Origin: Chiloscyllium plagiosum | Lineage: Eukaryota | DNA: 63,787 nucleotides | Reading direction: 5' to 3' | Assembly (NCBI RefSeq): GCF_004010195.1 | Contig: NC_057760.1 | Span: forward strand, 4,262,446-4,326,232 | Part shown: piece by piece, positions 38,318 to 50,404 of the stretch | Position numbering within the stretch: the stretch's first letter is position 1 | Layout of the letters: each line of letters opens with the position of its first letter | Translations under genes and position numbers: made by a program | Notes under the pieces: generated by a model | Seen by the model: the letters and a program-made list of their open reading frames with translations, nothing else | Databases searched by the model: none | Told to the model about the DNA's origin: nothing

Positions 38318-39994
38318 CTAGTAGACCTGTGCCTCACTACTCACTTCACCTTCAACAAGACCTACAAACAAATCAATAGGACACCCATAGGATCACCAAT
38401 ATCAGGATTCTTAGCAGAAGCAGTAATTCAGTGACTCAAATGAACAGCCCTCCCCACAATCCAACCCAAACTTAAGGTCCACTATGTGGATGATACCTTT
38501 GTCATCACAAAGCGGAACAAATTAGAGGCAACTTACAATATCATCAACGATATCCTTATTGGCATAGATTTCACCAAAGCGGAAGATTATAAAAACAGAT
38601 GTCACAGTGGAATGAACAGTCAATGGAGAGCTGTAGACCAGTGTCTACAGAAAAGCAACACACACTGACCAGATACTCAACTACAGGAGCAATCATCACA
38701 ACAACCACAAATGGATTTTCATCAGGATATTATTTAAACAGGCCACAATACATTGCAGCATGCAGGAACTACGAGCAGCATAAGACAAATACCCATACAG
38801 CATATTCAAGAACAACGGGTACCCGATAAACACAGCCCGCCAATTCTTAAACAACAAACTTAAACAAGAAAGCACAACATGCCCAGAGACTCTAGCTACA
38901 CTACCATACATCAAAGACACTTGGAGATGACTACCAGACTACTTCAATCCCTTGGCATCATTGGAGCCCACAAACCTACAGCTACTGATGAACCAACAAC
39001 CAGCAAAACGAATGTAAATTTACAAAATACCCTGCAAGGGTTGTAACAAACACTGCATCAGACAGACAGGAAACTATCAACAGGATACACGAACACCAAC
39101 TTGTCACCAAAAGACATGACCCATTATCACGAGTATCTTTACACACAGACAAAGGAGGACATCACTTTGACTGGGACAACACATCCATCCTAGGACAGGC
39201 TAAACAGAGACACGCACAGGAATTCCAAGAGGGCTGGAACTTCAGACCAGAACTCCATCAATAAACACATTGATTTGGACCCTATTTACCAACCTCTGAG
39301 AAAAAGAACCAGAAATGATATCACCCACCAGAACGGACCAAGACACATAAATAGAAAGTGGGACAGAACACCAGTGCTTCATTAGAGACTCACTGATGTT
39401 GCTACCTAGCATGCCGATGAAATGTCTGAGAACAAACGGACTAGCTCAGCAAGCAAACTTACAACGTCTATCCAGGGATGGTGATGGTGATGTCTGGGAC
39501 ATTTTCTGTAGAGTAGATTCCATGAGAATGACTATGTCAGGCTATTGTTTGACTAATCGGTGCAACAGCTCTCCTAACATTGGCACTAGCCCCAGATGTT
39601 AGTGAGGAGGACTCTGCAGGGTCCACAGGAGTGTTTCAGCCATTGACTTTTCTGGTGCCTAGGGCGATTCCAGGTGATCCATCCGATTTAATTACTTTGA
39701 GACTTTATAGTGACTAGTACAAATGAATGGCAATTGAAAGTTAACCACACTGCTGTGGGTCTGGAATCATATGTCGTTCAGACCAGGCAAGATAGCAGAT
39801 TTCCTTCCCTATTAGTGAACTAGCTACAAGGTATTGGGTCATAGCTGATGCAGTTAGCATTTTAAGGAGAGGAAGAAGGTAAAATGAAAACATATCTGTA
39901 AATTCAAAACTGTCTGCATCCATTAGTATCCATGTGAACAATGAAAATAAAATTCTGTAGTCAGTTCTGCCAGAACATGATAGTTCCATTCTCA

Positions 39995-40140
39995 TGCAAT
40001 GTTATACTATAAGAGTGATGTGGAGGAGCCGGTGTTGGACTGGAGTGGACAATATTAAATGCCACACAACACCAGGTTGGAGTCCAACAGGTTTATTTGA
40101 AAACACTGGTTTTCAGAGTGCCACTCCTTCATCTGGTAGC
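39995..40140 (-). mobile_element. Penelope terminal-repeat fragment
   Basis: Reverse complement of the 55522-55645 terminus (ccggtgttggactgg...acacaacaccagg). Confidence 0.65.
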
Positions 40141-42500
40141 TTTCTTTATTCATTTGTGGGACTTGGGAGTCACTGGCTGGGCCAGCACTGATAGCCCATC
40201 CCTATTTGCCCTTGAGAAGGTGGTGGTGAACTGCCTTCTTGAATCGCTACAGTCTACTTGCTGTGAGCTGATCCACAATGTCGATAGGGAGGGAATTCCA
40301 GGATTTTGGCCCAATGATTGTGAAGGATTGGTGGTATATTTCCAAGTCAGGGTGATGAGTGGCTTGGAGAAAACCTTGCAGGTCATGGTGTTCCCAAGGA
40401 CCTACTGCCCTTGTCCTTCTAGATGGAAGTTGTCGTGGGTTTGGAAGGTGCTGTCTAAGGATCTTTGATGAATTTCTGCAGTGCATCTTGTAGCTGTACA
40501 CACTGCTGCTACTGAGTGCCAGTGGTGGAGTGAGGAGTATTCCATCTTACTCCTGACTTGTGCCTTGTAGATGGTGGATAGACTTTGGGGTATCAGGAGT
40601 GAGTTACTCACTGCAGTAACCCTAGTCTCTGACCTGCTCCTATAGCCACTGTGTTTCCATGGTGAGTCCAGTTGAGTTTCTGGTCAGTGGAGGATTCAGT
40701 GATGGTAATACCGTTGAATGTCAAGGGACAGTGGTTAGAGTGCCTCTTATTGGTCACAGTCATTGTCTGGCATTTGAGTGACGTGAATGTTACTTGCCAC
40801 TTGTCAGCACAAACCTGGATATTGTACAGATCTTGTTTCATTTGAGCATGGACTGTTGCAGTATCTGAGGAGTCGCAAATGGTGGTGAGCGCTGTGCATT
40901 CATCAGTGAACATCCCTTATTCTGACTTTATGACAGAGGGAAGGTCACTGATGAAGCAGCTGAAGAATATTGGGCCTAGGAGACTACCATGAGGGACTCC
41001 TGCAGAGATGTTCCAGAACTGAGACGACTGACCCTCCACAAACACAACCACTTTCCTTTGTGCCAGGTATGACTCTACCAGTGGAATGTTTGCCCCCGAT
41101 ACTCATTGATTCCAGGTTTGCCAAGGCTTCTTGATGCCATACTTGGTCAATTGGAGCATTGATGTCAATCTCACCTCTCCTCCGGAATTCAGCTCTTTTG
41201 TCCAGTGTTTGAACCAAGGCTGTAATGAGGTCAGGAGCTGAGTGCCCCTGGCGAAAGCCCAAACTGGGCGTCACTGAGCAGGTTTTTGCTGAGCAGGTGC
41301 TGCTTGATAGTTCTGTTGATGACACCTTCCATCACTTTACTGATGATGGAGAGTAGGCTGATTGGGCAGTAATTGGCCGAGTTGGATTTGCCCTGCTTTT
41401 TGTATACAAGACATACCTGGCCAATTTTCTACATTGTCGGGTCAGTGTTGTAACTGTACTGGAAGAGCTTGGCTTGGGGAGCAGTAAGCTCTAGAGCACA
41501 CGTCTTTAGTACTATTGCTGGAATGTTATCAGGGCCCATTGCCTTGGTAGTATCCAGTGCCTCTAGCCATTTCTTGATAACACATAGAATGAATCAAATT
41601 AGATGGAGCCTGGTATCTGTGACGCTGCGGACCACTGGAGGAGCCCGTGATAGATCATCCACTCAGCACTACTGACTGAAGGTTGTTGCAAATGCATAAA
41701 CCTTAACTTTTGCACTGATGTGCTGGACTCCTCCGTCATTGAGGATGGGCATATTTGTGGAGCCTCCTCCTCCACTGAGGGGTTTAATTATCCACCACCA
41801 TTCACAACTGGATGTGATAGGACTGCAGAGCTTAGATCTGATCCATTGACTGTGGGGTCACTTAGTTCTGTTAATCACTGGCTGCTTATGCTGTTTCACA
41901 CGCACGTAGTCCTGTTTGGTAGCTTCACCAGGTTTAGCCCGCATTTTTAGGTATGCCTGATGCTGCTTCTGGTATGCCTTCTTACACTGGCTTGATGGTA
42001 ATGGCTGAGTGGGGGTATGCTAGGCCATGAGGTTATAGATTGTGCTAGAGTACAATTCTGCTGCTATTGATGGCCCACAGACCCTCACGGATGCCCAGTC
42101 TCAAACTGCGAGATCAGTTCGAAGTCTGTCCCATTTAGCACAGTGATAGTGCCACACAACATGGAGGTTATTCTCAATGTGAAGGCAGGATTTCATCTCC
42201 ACAAGGACAGTGCGATGGTCACTTTTACCAATACTGTCATGGACAGATGAGTCGGCAGCCGGGAGATAAGTAAGGATGAGATCAAGTATGCTTTTTCCTC
42301 TTGTTGGTTCCCTCACCACCTGCCACAGACCCAGTTGAGCAGTTATATCCTTTAGGACTGGACCAGCTTGATCAGTGATGCTGCTGCCAAGCCACTCTGG
42401 GTGGTGGACATTGAAAACCCCACCCAGAGTATATTTTGTCCCCTTGCCACCCTCAAAGCTTTCTCCAATGTTGTTCAACATGGAGGAGTACTGATTCATC
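40135..42500 (-). mobile_element. CR1-group (L2/Crack-like) LINE, endonuclease + RT, degenerate
   Basis: QVVREPTRGKSILDLILT, GKSDHRTV, GFRQGHSAPDLITALVQ, MFTDEC, DKWQVTF. Confidence 0.8.
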
Positions 42501-42529
42501 AACCAAAGGACAGTACATGGTAACCAGTA

Positions 42530-44214
42530 AGCTGTGAAGCTGGACCATAAGACACAGAATTTATAGCAAAACATTATAGTGTCATGCAACTAAAATGATA
42601 TATTGAACAAACCTAGATTGTTGTTAAGACTTTCATCTTTTAGAATGAGTTGCAGGTTTCAGTTCCTTAATATGTAAATCCCAGAACTTCTTTTAAGTCA
42701 AATTCTCAGGATAACTGAAGGTTTTATAAGAAAAGGTGACATCTCAGCTCAGACAATGCATTAAAGGTGTGAGATTACAGTCTGTCTGTATCCCAATCTT
42801 GAGTCACTAGTTCTGTTTCTAAAGTGGAATTTATGAAATATTACATGGATTGACTGCCTGCAGTTTTTTGAACAAAATAAAATGTATCTGCAAATACAAG
42901 TCTGCAAATACAAATTTACCCCACAAATTTACCCCAATATGCCAACATTTTCATGCACAGGTTCAAACAGGACTTCTCTGCTTCACAGACCTCCAACCAA
43001 CACTATACACCAGATATATTGACAATATTTTCTTCCTCTGGACCCATGGCGAGGAGTCAATGAAACAACTACACAGTGATATCGAGTTTTATCCAACCAT
43101 CAGTCTTACTATGGAGTACTGTTTGGTATCGGTCTCATTCTTGGACGCATGCATCTCCATTAAGGATGGGCGCCTCAGTACCTCACCCTACCACAAACCC
43201 ACAGATAACCTCATGATGCTACGCTTCTCTAACTTCCACCCGATACATATTAAAATAGCCATCCCCTACGGACAATCCCTACACGTACACCAGATCTGTT
43301 CAAATTAGGAAGAACCTGAAGGTGCTCAAGGATGCCCTTACAAGAACAGCGTATGATGCTCAACTCATCGACCCCCAGTTCAAATCTGCCACAGCGAGAA
43401 ACTATAATGACCTCCTCAGGAAACAGACACGGGATGCAACTGATAGGGTTCCCTTCGTTGTCCAGTACTTCCTGGGATGGAGAAACTACGTCATGTTCTT
43501 TGCAACCTGCAACACATTATCGATGAGGACGATCACCTCGCCAAGACCTTCCCTGTGCCTCCACTTCCCACCTTTATAAACAACCGCCAAACCTTAAACG
43601 GACCATTGTTTGCAGCAAACTGCCCAACCTCCCACTCAAAATCGACCACAACACAGTACAACCCTGTCATGGCAACCACTGCAAGATGTGTCAGAGTGTC
43701 AACATAGATACTACCATTACACGTGGGGACACCACCCACCATGTACAGGTACTCATGTGTCTCGACCAACATTGTCTATCTCATACACTGCAGGCAAGGA
43801 TGCCCCAAGGCATGATACATTGGCGAGACCAAGCAGATACTACGACAATGGATGAATGGACACTGTGCAACAATAACCAGATAGGGGTGTTCCCTCCCAG
43901 TTGGGGAACACTTCAGCAGTCAGGGACATTCAAACTCAGATATTCGGGTGACCATCCCAAGACAGGCTTTGGGATAGGCAACAACGTAAAGTGCCCAAGC
44001 AGAGACAGATAGCCAAATTCAGCACTCATGGGGATGGCCTAAACCGGGACCTTGGGTTCATGTCACACTACAGGTGACCCCACTACACTATACACTCACT
44101 CACACACAAGCACACATACAGACACACTCACGCAGACCCTCTCTCATACACACGCTGTCACACACACACATTCATACTCACCAGCCCACACTCACATGGA
44201 CACTTTTTCTCTCT

Positions 44215-44245
<31 letters not shown>

Positions 44246-44775
44246 ATGCATGCGCACACACATATAAGTCTTTGGGGTGAATTTGTATTTGCAGAATCAT
44301 ATTTGCAGACACATTCTATTTTGCTCAAAAAATACACAATCAGCAGGCAGTCAATGCAGGCAGTCAATCCATGTAATATTTTATAAATTCCACTTTGGAA
44401 ATAGAACCAATCTGACTCAAGATTGAGATACAGACAGACACTAATCTTACACCTTTAATGCATTGTCTGAGCTGAGATGTCACTTTGTTTTTTAACAAAA
44501 CTTTAAAGTTATCTCGAGAATGTGACTTAAAAGATGTTGTGGGATTTACATATGAATGAATTGAAACCTGCAACCTATTGTAAAACTTGGAAGACTTAAC
44601 AGCAATCTAGGTTTGTTCAATATATTATTCCAGTTGCATGACACTGTAATCTTTTGCTATAAATTCTGTGTATTATGGTCCTGCTCCACAGCTACCTGAT
44701 GAAGAAGCAGCACTTCGAAAACTAGTGCTTCCAAATAAACCCGTTGGACTATAACCTGGTGGTGTGTGATTTTTA
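42530..44775 (+). mobile_element. Penelope-like element (third family) with an inverted copy of its 3' terminal repeat at the 5' side
   Basis: RYIDNIFFLWTHGEE, KPTDNLMML, NIVYLIHC..YIGET; 42530-42925 is the reverse complement of about 44270-44695. Confidence 0.85.
44085..44262. repeat. (CA)n/(CT)n-rich microsatellite inside the Penelope 3' region
   Basis: Imperfect CA repeats and a CT run at about 44208-44245. Confidence 0.85.
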
Positions 44776-44956
44776 ATGATGTCATAAGAAAATCGTGTGA
44801 TATCAGCACCATTTAAACCAATGGGGTAGCAATCACGTTATAACCAATACATGCTTTAAAACTTCACACTTTAGAAAAATATCCTCAATTTGTCAATCGC
44901 GTTACAGCGAATCCATCTTAATGAAACACGCGTTACAGCGAAATGACTTTACTGTA
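44776..44956. mobile_element. Possible Tigger/pogo-like DNA transposon terminus
   Basis: Duplicated cgcgttacagcga motif and an ...ACTG-TA end; only one end seen. Confidence 0.4.
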
Positions 44957-45320
44957 TTAAGAATGCAATTGCAGCTTTGACCAGTAGATGGAATTACAGG
45001 GCAACTTTCTGTCTAACTCCACAGATCTAGATATTTTAATCAGCCTATTCAGGCACACCTCTGCAACTAGGAGTCTCAGCCTCAGGTCCCACTTACCTCA
45101 CAATACCCCTACCATTACACCAGAAGAGTCCCAGTTTCCCACAGATTTATCAACTGCTATTCATCATCTAGTTATGACTGATTTATATATGAATGAATAT
45201 GTCACTATTTGTGAATGAATTCACTAATGTTAAATGACTTAAGATGGCTGCTTGGAATAGTTTATTATATCATACAACCATCATATACCATGTGATGTCC
45301 AATCACAGGTAAAAACTTAC

Positions 45321-45440
45321 GAACATCACAGTTCTGTCCACCAAAGCCCTCTGAACAGATGCACTGGTACTCATTGGGCTCTGCATTCTCACATGTGCCT
45401 CCATTTTGGCAGGGCTGATGTGTCCCACAGTAATTCAAGT
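45321..45440 (-). CDS. Jagged-like Notch ligand, exon B (EGF3; JAG1 exon 7 equivalent)
   Basis: ccttttacag|AC TTG AAT... translates [40 protein letters not shown], then C|gtaagt. 120 nt, phase 1-1. Confidence 0.93.
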
Positions 45441-45954
45441 CTGTAAAAGGGTAAAATGAGAAAGAAGTGAATTATCAGAGTTAGTATTATGAATTCATGA
45501 GGTGTGTCACCCAATGTGGTGCTGAATCGTTCAGATTAGAAGCTTGCTGGGTTTCACCTGCAATAAATGATCAAAACTAGATAAGGGAACTGTTGTGGTC
45601 ATACCAAGGCATCCTAGACAAGGATGGGCCAGAAGTGGTCACGAAAATGATAGTAAATGTCAAATGATGACCGGATCTGATGAAGACAGCCACAAACCCA
45701 AAATGAGGGTTAGAATATTTTGAAAGGATGTGAAGGCAATTAACAGCCAGGTGATTGGGTCCTTCCCAGTATTAAGTCATAAAATAAAGAAATCAAGCTA
45801 AAAGTTCAACCATTGCAGTCTTTCTTAAATGCTTTGCCACGCTGGGACCACACTTCCTACACAGTTATGCTTTCCTCGTGCTAGCTCTATCTCCCCTGCT
45901 CTGACTTTCACTGCAGATATCGGAGAAACCTCATCACCGTGTTGGGCTGACTCA

Positions 45955-46285
45955 CAGAGTCATAGAGATGTACAGCATGGAAACAGATCCTTCAACCAAC
46001 ATCGTTGTAAATCTTTTCTGAACCCTTTCAAGTTTCACAACATCCTTCCGATAGGAAGGAGACCAGAATTACACACAATATTCCAAAGGTGGCCTAACTA
46101 ATGTCCTGTACAGCTGCAATATTACCTCCCAACTCCTGTACTCAATGCTCTGACCAGTAAAGGAAAGTATACCAAACGCCTTCTTCACTATCTTATCTAC
46201 CTGCGACCCTACCTTCAAGGAGCTATGAACCTGCACTCCAAGGTCTCTTTGTTCAGCAACACTCCCCAGGACCTTACCATTAAGC
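45955..46285 (-). mobile_element. CR1 3' fragment, internally deleted
   Basis: EQRDLGVQVH...LYRTLVRPPLEYCV. Confidence 0.75.
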
Positions 46286-46299
46286 ACAAAGTATGTACA

Positions 46300-47529
46300 T
46301 GCACAGGGAATACACAGCCACTTTTGGGACAGCGGCAATACACGGAGAACATGGAAGGGCATTCGGGCCATCACCGACCACAGAACAGCATCGCCTGCTT
46401 GTGCTGGTAATGCCTCCTTCCCAGATGAGCTAAACAACTTCTATTTTGAGGCACAAAATGATGTGGCGGTGAGGAAGACTATCACCCCCCACCACCCCCA
46501 CCCCATCACCTATGAGCAGGTGCTGTGTCTTACTTTGGCCAACGTGAGAAAAATCCTACATAGAGTTAACCCTGGCAGAGTGCTCAGAGGATGCTCCAAC
46601 ATAGTGTCAGATGTTTCATGGACACTTTTATGTCTCCATGAGCTGTGCCATAGTTCCAATGTGCTTCAAAGGGCGCTATCATCGTCCCCGTGCTGAAGAA
46701 GTCTCCAGCGTCCTGTCTCAACAACTACTGCCCTGTTGCACTAACACCCATCATCATTAGGTGTTTTGAGAGACTCATGATGAGGCATATTAAGACCCTG
46801 CTGCCCCCCTCACTGGGCACCTTGCAGTTCATGTTTCATCCCAACCGCTCAACTGATGATACCATTCCCACCACCCTCCATCTGGCCCTCACCCACCTGG
46901 AGAAGAAGGACACCTACATCAGATTACTGTTCATAGATTTCAGAGCTGCATTTATCACTACCATTCCTCAGCACCTGATTGGAAAGCTGAGTCTGCTGGG
47001 CCTGAATCCCTCCCAGTGTGACTGGATCCTGGAGTTCCTGACTGGGAGCCCTCAGTCAGTCTGGATTGGGAACAGCCTCTCCAACACCATCACACTGAGC
47101 ACGGAGATCCCCACCCTTTCCCCACCCCTTCCCCACCCCTCCCCCCCCCTCCCCCTCCTCCCCCCTCCCAGGGCTGTGTGCTCAGTCCACTGCTGTTCAT
47201 CCTGCTGACACATGATTGTGCAGCAATGCACACCTCGAATCACATCACGACTGTAGTGGGTCTCATCAGCATGAAACGATGAGTCAGCATACAGAGAGGA
47301 GGTGCAGCGGCTAGCGAACTGGTGCAGAACCAACAACTGACTCCGAATATGGACAAGATGAAAGAGATGGTTATTAATTTCATGATGGCACAGAGTGATC
47401 ACTCTCCACTGGACATCAGTGGCTCCCCTGTGGAGATCGTGAACAGCACTAAACTTCTTGGCGTCCACCTGGCGGAGAATCTCACCTGGTCCCTCAACAC
47501 CAGCTCCATAGACAAGACAGCCCAGCAGC
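46300..47529 (+). mobile_element. Rex1/Babar-like LINE RT fragment
   Basis: [39 protein letters not shown]. Confidence 0.8.
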
Positions 47530-48258
47530 ATAAATCCCCAGGACCTGATCAGGTGTACCTGAGAACTCTGTGGGAAGCTACAGCAGTGATTGCTGGGCCT
47601 CTTGCTGAGATATTTGTATCATCGATAGTCACAGGTGAGGTGCAGGAAGACTGGAGGTTGGCAAACGTGGTGCCACTGTTTAAGAAGGGTGGTAAAGACA
47701 AGCCAGGGAACTATAGACCAGTGAGCCTGACCTCGGTGGTGGGCAAGTTGTTGGAGGGAATCCTGAGGGACAGGATGTACATGTATTTGGAAAGGCAAGG
47801 ACTGATTAGGGATAGTCGACATGCCTTTGTGCATGGGAAATCATGTCTCACAAACTTGATTGAGTTGTTTGAAGAAGTAACAAAGAAGATTGATGAGGGC
47901 AGAGCAATAGATGTGATCTATATGGATTTCAGTAAGGTGTTCGACAAGGTTCCCCATGGGAGACTGATTAGCAAGGTTAGATCTCATGGAATAGAGGGAG
48001 AACTAGCCATTTGGACATAGAACTGGCTCAAAGGTAGAAGACAGATCCTGGTGGTGGAGGGTTGCTTTTCAGACTGCAGGTCTGTGACCAGTGGAGTGCC
48101 ACAAGGATTGGTGCTGGGTCCTCTACTTTTTGTCATTTGCGTAAATGATTTGGATGCGAGCATAAGAGGAACAGTTAGTAAGTCTGCAGACGACACCAAA
48201 ATTGGAGATGTAGTGGACAGCGAAGAGGGTTACCTCAGATTACAACAGGATCTGGAAG
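47530..48258 (+). mobile_element. CR1 RT internal fragment abutting the Rex-like element
   Basis: KSPGPDQVY...NYRPVSLTS...DFSKVFDKVPH...GVPQG...ADDTK. Confidence 0.85.
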
Positions 48259-48419
48259 AATAGCAAACGGAATGACAAGGCTATCCTGCCGAGATGTCGA
48301 CCAACTCGAGTCTGCGCTGGGCCCATTCAATTGAACTCTTCAACAAGTGATAAGTAAAATAAGATATAAGAGAAAACAAAATGAGGAAAGAAAGAATAAA
48401 AAGAAAAGGAGACAAGTCC

Positions 48420-49290
48420 CAGGCTCAAAAACCCTAATTCACCATCATCTTGCTGGAAATCAATGGCTACAAGAGCAGGTCAGAGGTTGGGAATCTGCGG
48501 TGAGTCCCTCAGCCCCAGACTCCATAAAGCTTGTCCACCATCTACAAGTCACAAGTCAGGAGTGTGATTGAATACTCCCCACTTGCCTGGATGGGTCCAT
48601 CTCCAACAACACTCAAGAAATAACTGGATTAAATAACTCCACAGAGGCCAGTATCCCGTCACCAAGTCACCTTTTATTTACACGTGCATAGTCCTTAACA
48701 CTGATCCAGCTCCCTCAGAGCCACCTCTCAGAGTGAGCAGAACCCTGACATACCTGTTATGTCTGTCAGCCAGGGCTTTCTGATTGGACCGGTTAACAGC
48801 CCCAATCAGGGAATGTATATTGAATGAGCTTCACCTGGCAACTTTATTACAATCACTTTGCTTAACGCCATCCAGGCCAAAGCATGCTTGATTGGTATTA
48901 TATCCACAGGAATCCACACCCCCTACCACTGACCCTTAATACAACAATGTGTACTACTATAAGATGCAGTGCAGAAAATCACCAAGGATCCTCAGACAAC
49001 ACCTTCCAAACCCACGACCAGTTCCACCTAGAAGGACAAGGGCAGCAAATACATGGGAACACCACCACGTTCAAATTCCCCTCCAAGACACTCAGCATTC
49101 CGACTTGGAAATATATCGCTGTTCCTTCAGTGTCACTGGGTCAAAATCCTGGAATTCCCTCCCTAAGGGCAGTGAGTGTCAACCCATAACACATGGACTG
49201 CAATAAATCAAGAAGGCAGCTCACCCCTATCTTCTTGAGGGGCAGTTAAGGATGGAAAATAAACATTGATCCAGCCAATGCACACATCCC
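48420..49290 (+). mobile_element. CR1-group (L2/Crack-like) LINE 3' end, interrupted by an LTR-like insert at about 48620-48860
   Basis: Matches 15915-16330, 24650-24930 and the reverse of 40135-40630; the LINE sequence resumes after the insert. Confidence 0.65.
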
Positions 49291-49499
49291 ATGAATTTAC
49301 TTTTTTTAAAAAGGCTGCTCTACACTGCATCATGTTGAGACCAGAGTTCAATCAGGGCAGGGTAGTCACCTCAGAAAAAGAGCTGAGTGAAACCTCAGAC
49401 AAGCTTGAGGGATGGAACTGCAGGTGATCTGGGGTCTTCCCTGCAAGGACAGGAAACGCTGACCATTCTAATTTCAATTCCCAGAAAAAGGTGCTGCCA

Positions 49500-49602
49500 C
49501 ATGTGTGCTTGTGTGTAATTGTGCATGTGTATATATGTGCTATGTCTATATGTGCATAGGTTCGTGTAAGTGCATATGTGCATACATGTCTGTACATGTA
49601 TG
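49500..49602. repeat. Imperfect (TG/TA)n microsatellite
   Basis: Alternating purine-pyrimidine tract. Confidence 0.75.
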
Positions 49603-50009
49603 TGGAGGTCAGGGAGAAAGGAACTTCAAAGGATATAGCATCACATCATTTTCCCTCAGCTTTTACCAGCACAGACACTATCTCATCAGTGAGTACATGC
49701 TCACGAGTAAATTCAAGGCCACAACTAGAGTAGACTAGAGTAGATTTCATTTGCCATTTCTATCATATACAACCAATAAAGTAAAAAACAAGACAGCGTT
49801 CCTCCAGGACCAAGGTGCTACATGGACAGCACAAACTACACAATCATACCAAAGTTGGCATAAAGTACATAAGAAGTGCAAAACATGCATAACTCAGTCT
49901 AAACATTCAAAATGTCACCTGTTCAGCTATCAGAGGAGTGTAGGAGGTCAGACCAAGCTGAGTTTGGACAATGGAGGACTCCATCCAGAATGTTGCTACA
50001 TTCATGTTA

Positions 50010-50380
50010 TATAATACAATACAGCACAGGAAGGGTCCTTCGGCCCATCAAACCGGCACGAATTCTAATCCATATTTAGACTCACTACTTATTGAACTTA
50101 TGGTTCACTACTTATGGTTTCTTTCGTTCTGTTCGTCTCCTGTCAATGTGTCTATCAAGATAAACTTTAAACATTGCTAACATGCCTGCTTCCATTGTTT
50201 CCACTGGTAATGTGTTCCAGGCACCCACAACCCTCCATGTAAAAAAGTTTCCCCCCACTTCTCTCCTAAACATTCCTCCTCTCACCTTGAACCTATGCCT
50301 TTTTGAAGTTGATCTTTCCACCCTGGGAAAAAGCCTCTGACCATCCAACCTATCTATGCCTCTCAATTTTGTAAACCTCT
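50010..50380 (-). mobile_element. CR1 3' end
   Basis: LRGIDRLDGQRLFPR...FFTWRVVGAWNTLP. Confidence 0.8.
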
Positions 50381-50404
50381 GTTTCGCATGTGGGCTCTTT
50401 GATT

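Larger units (their letters stand above)
37127..39468 (+). mobile_element. Penelope-like element (RT + GIY-YIG) with 11-bp TSD
   Basis: VPADKGR, VSFNVTALFTSI, TPIGSPISG, YVDDTF. TSD tatccagggat at 37116-37126 and 39469-39479. Same family as 18497-19958. Confidence 0.88.
36873..39830 (-). mobile_element. CR1-group (L2/Crack-like) LINE 5' part (36873-37126 and 39480-39830), split by a Penelope element
   Basis: Reverse complement of the endonuclease and 5' sequence seen at 24150-24640 and 42410-42500. Confidence 0.6.

Noticed and set aside
45096..45170. Strong donor GAG|GTAAGT as a possible EGF4 exon
   Set aside because: No EGF cysteine pattern in any frame upstream of it.
47322..48020. 232-aa ORF
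   Set aside because: Chance in-frame junction of a Rex-like fragment and a CR1 RT fragment, not a host gene.
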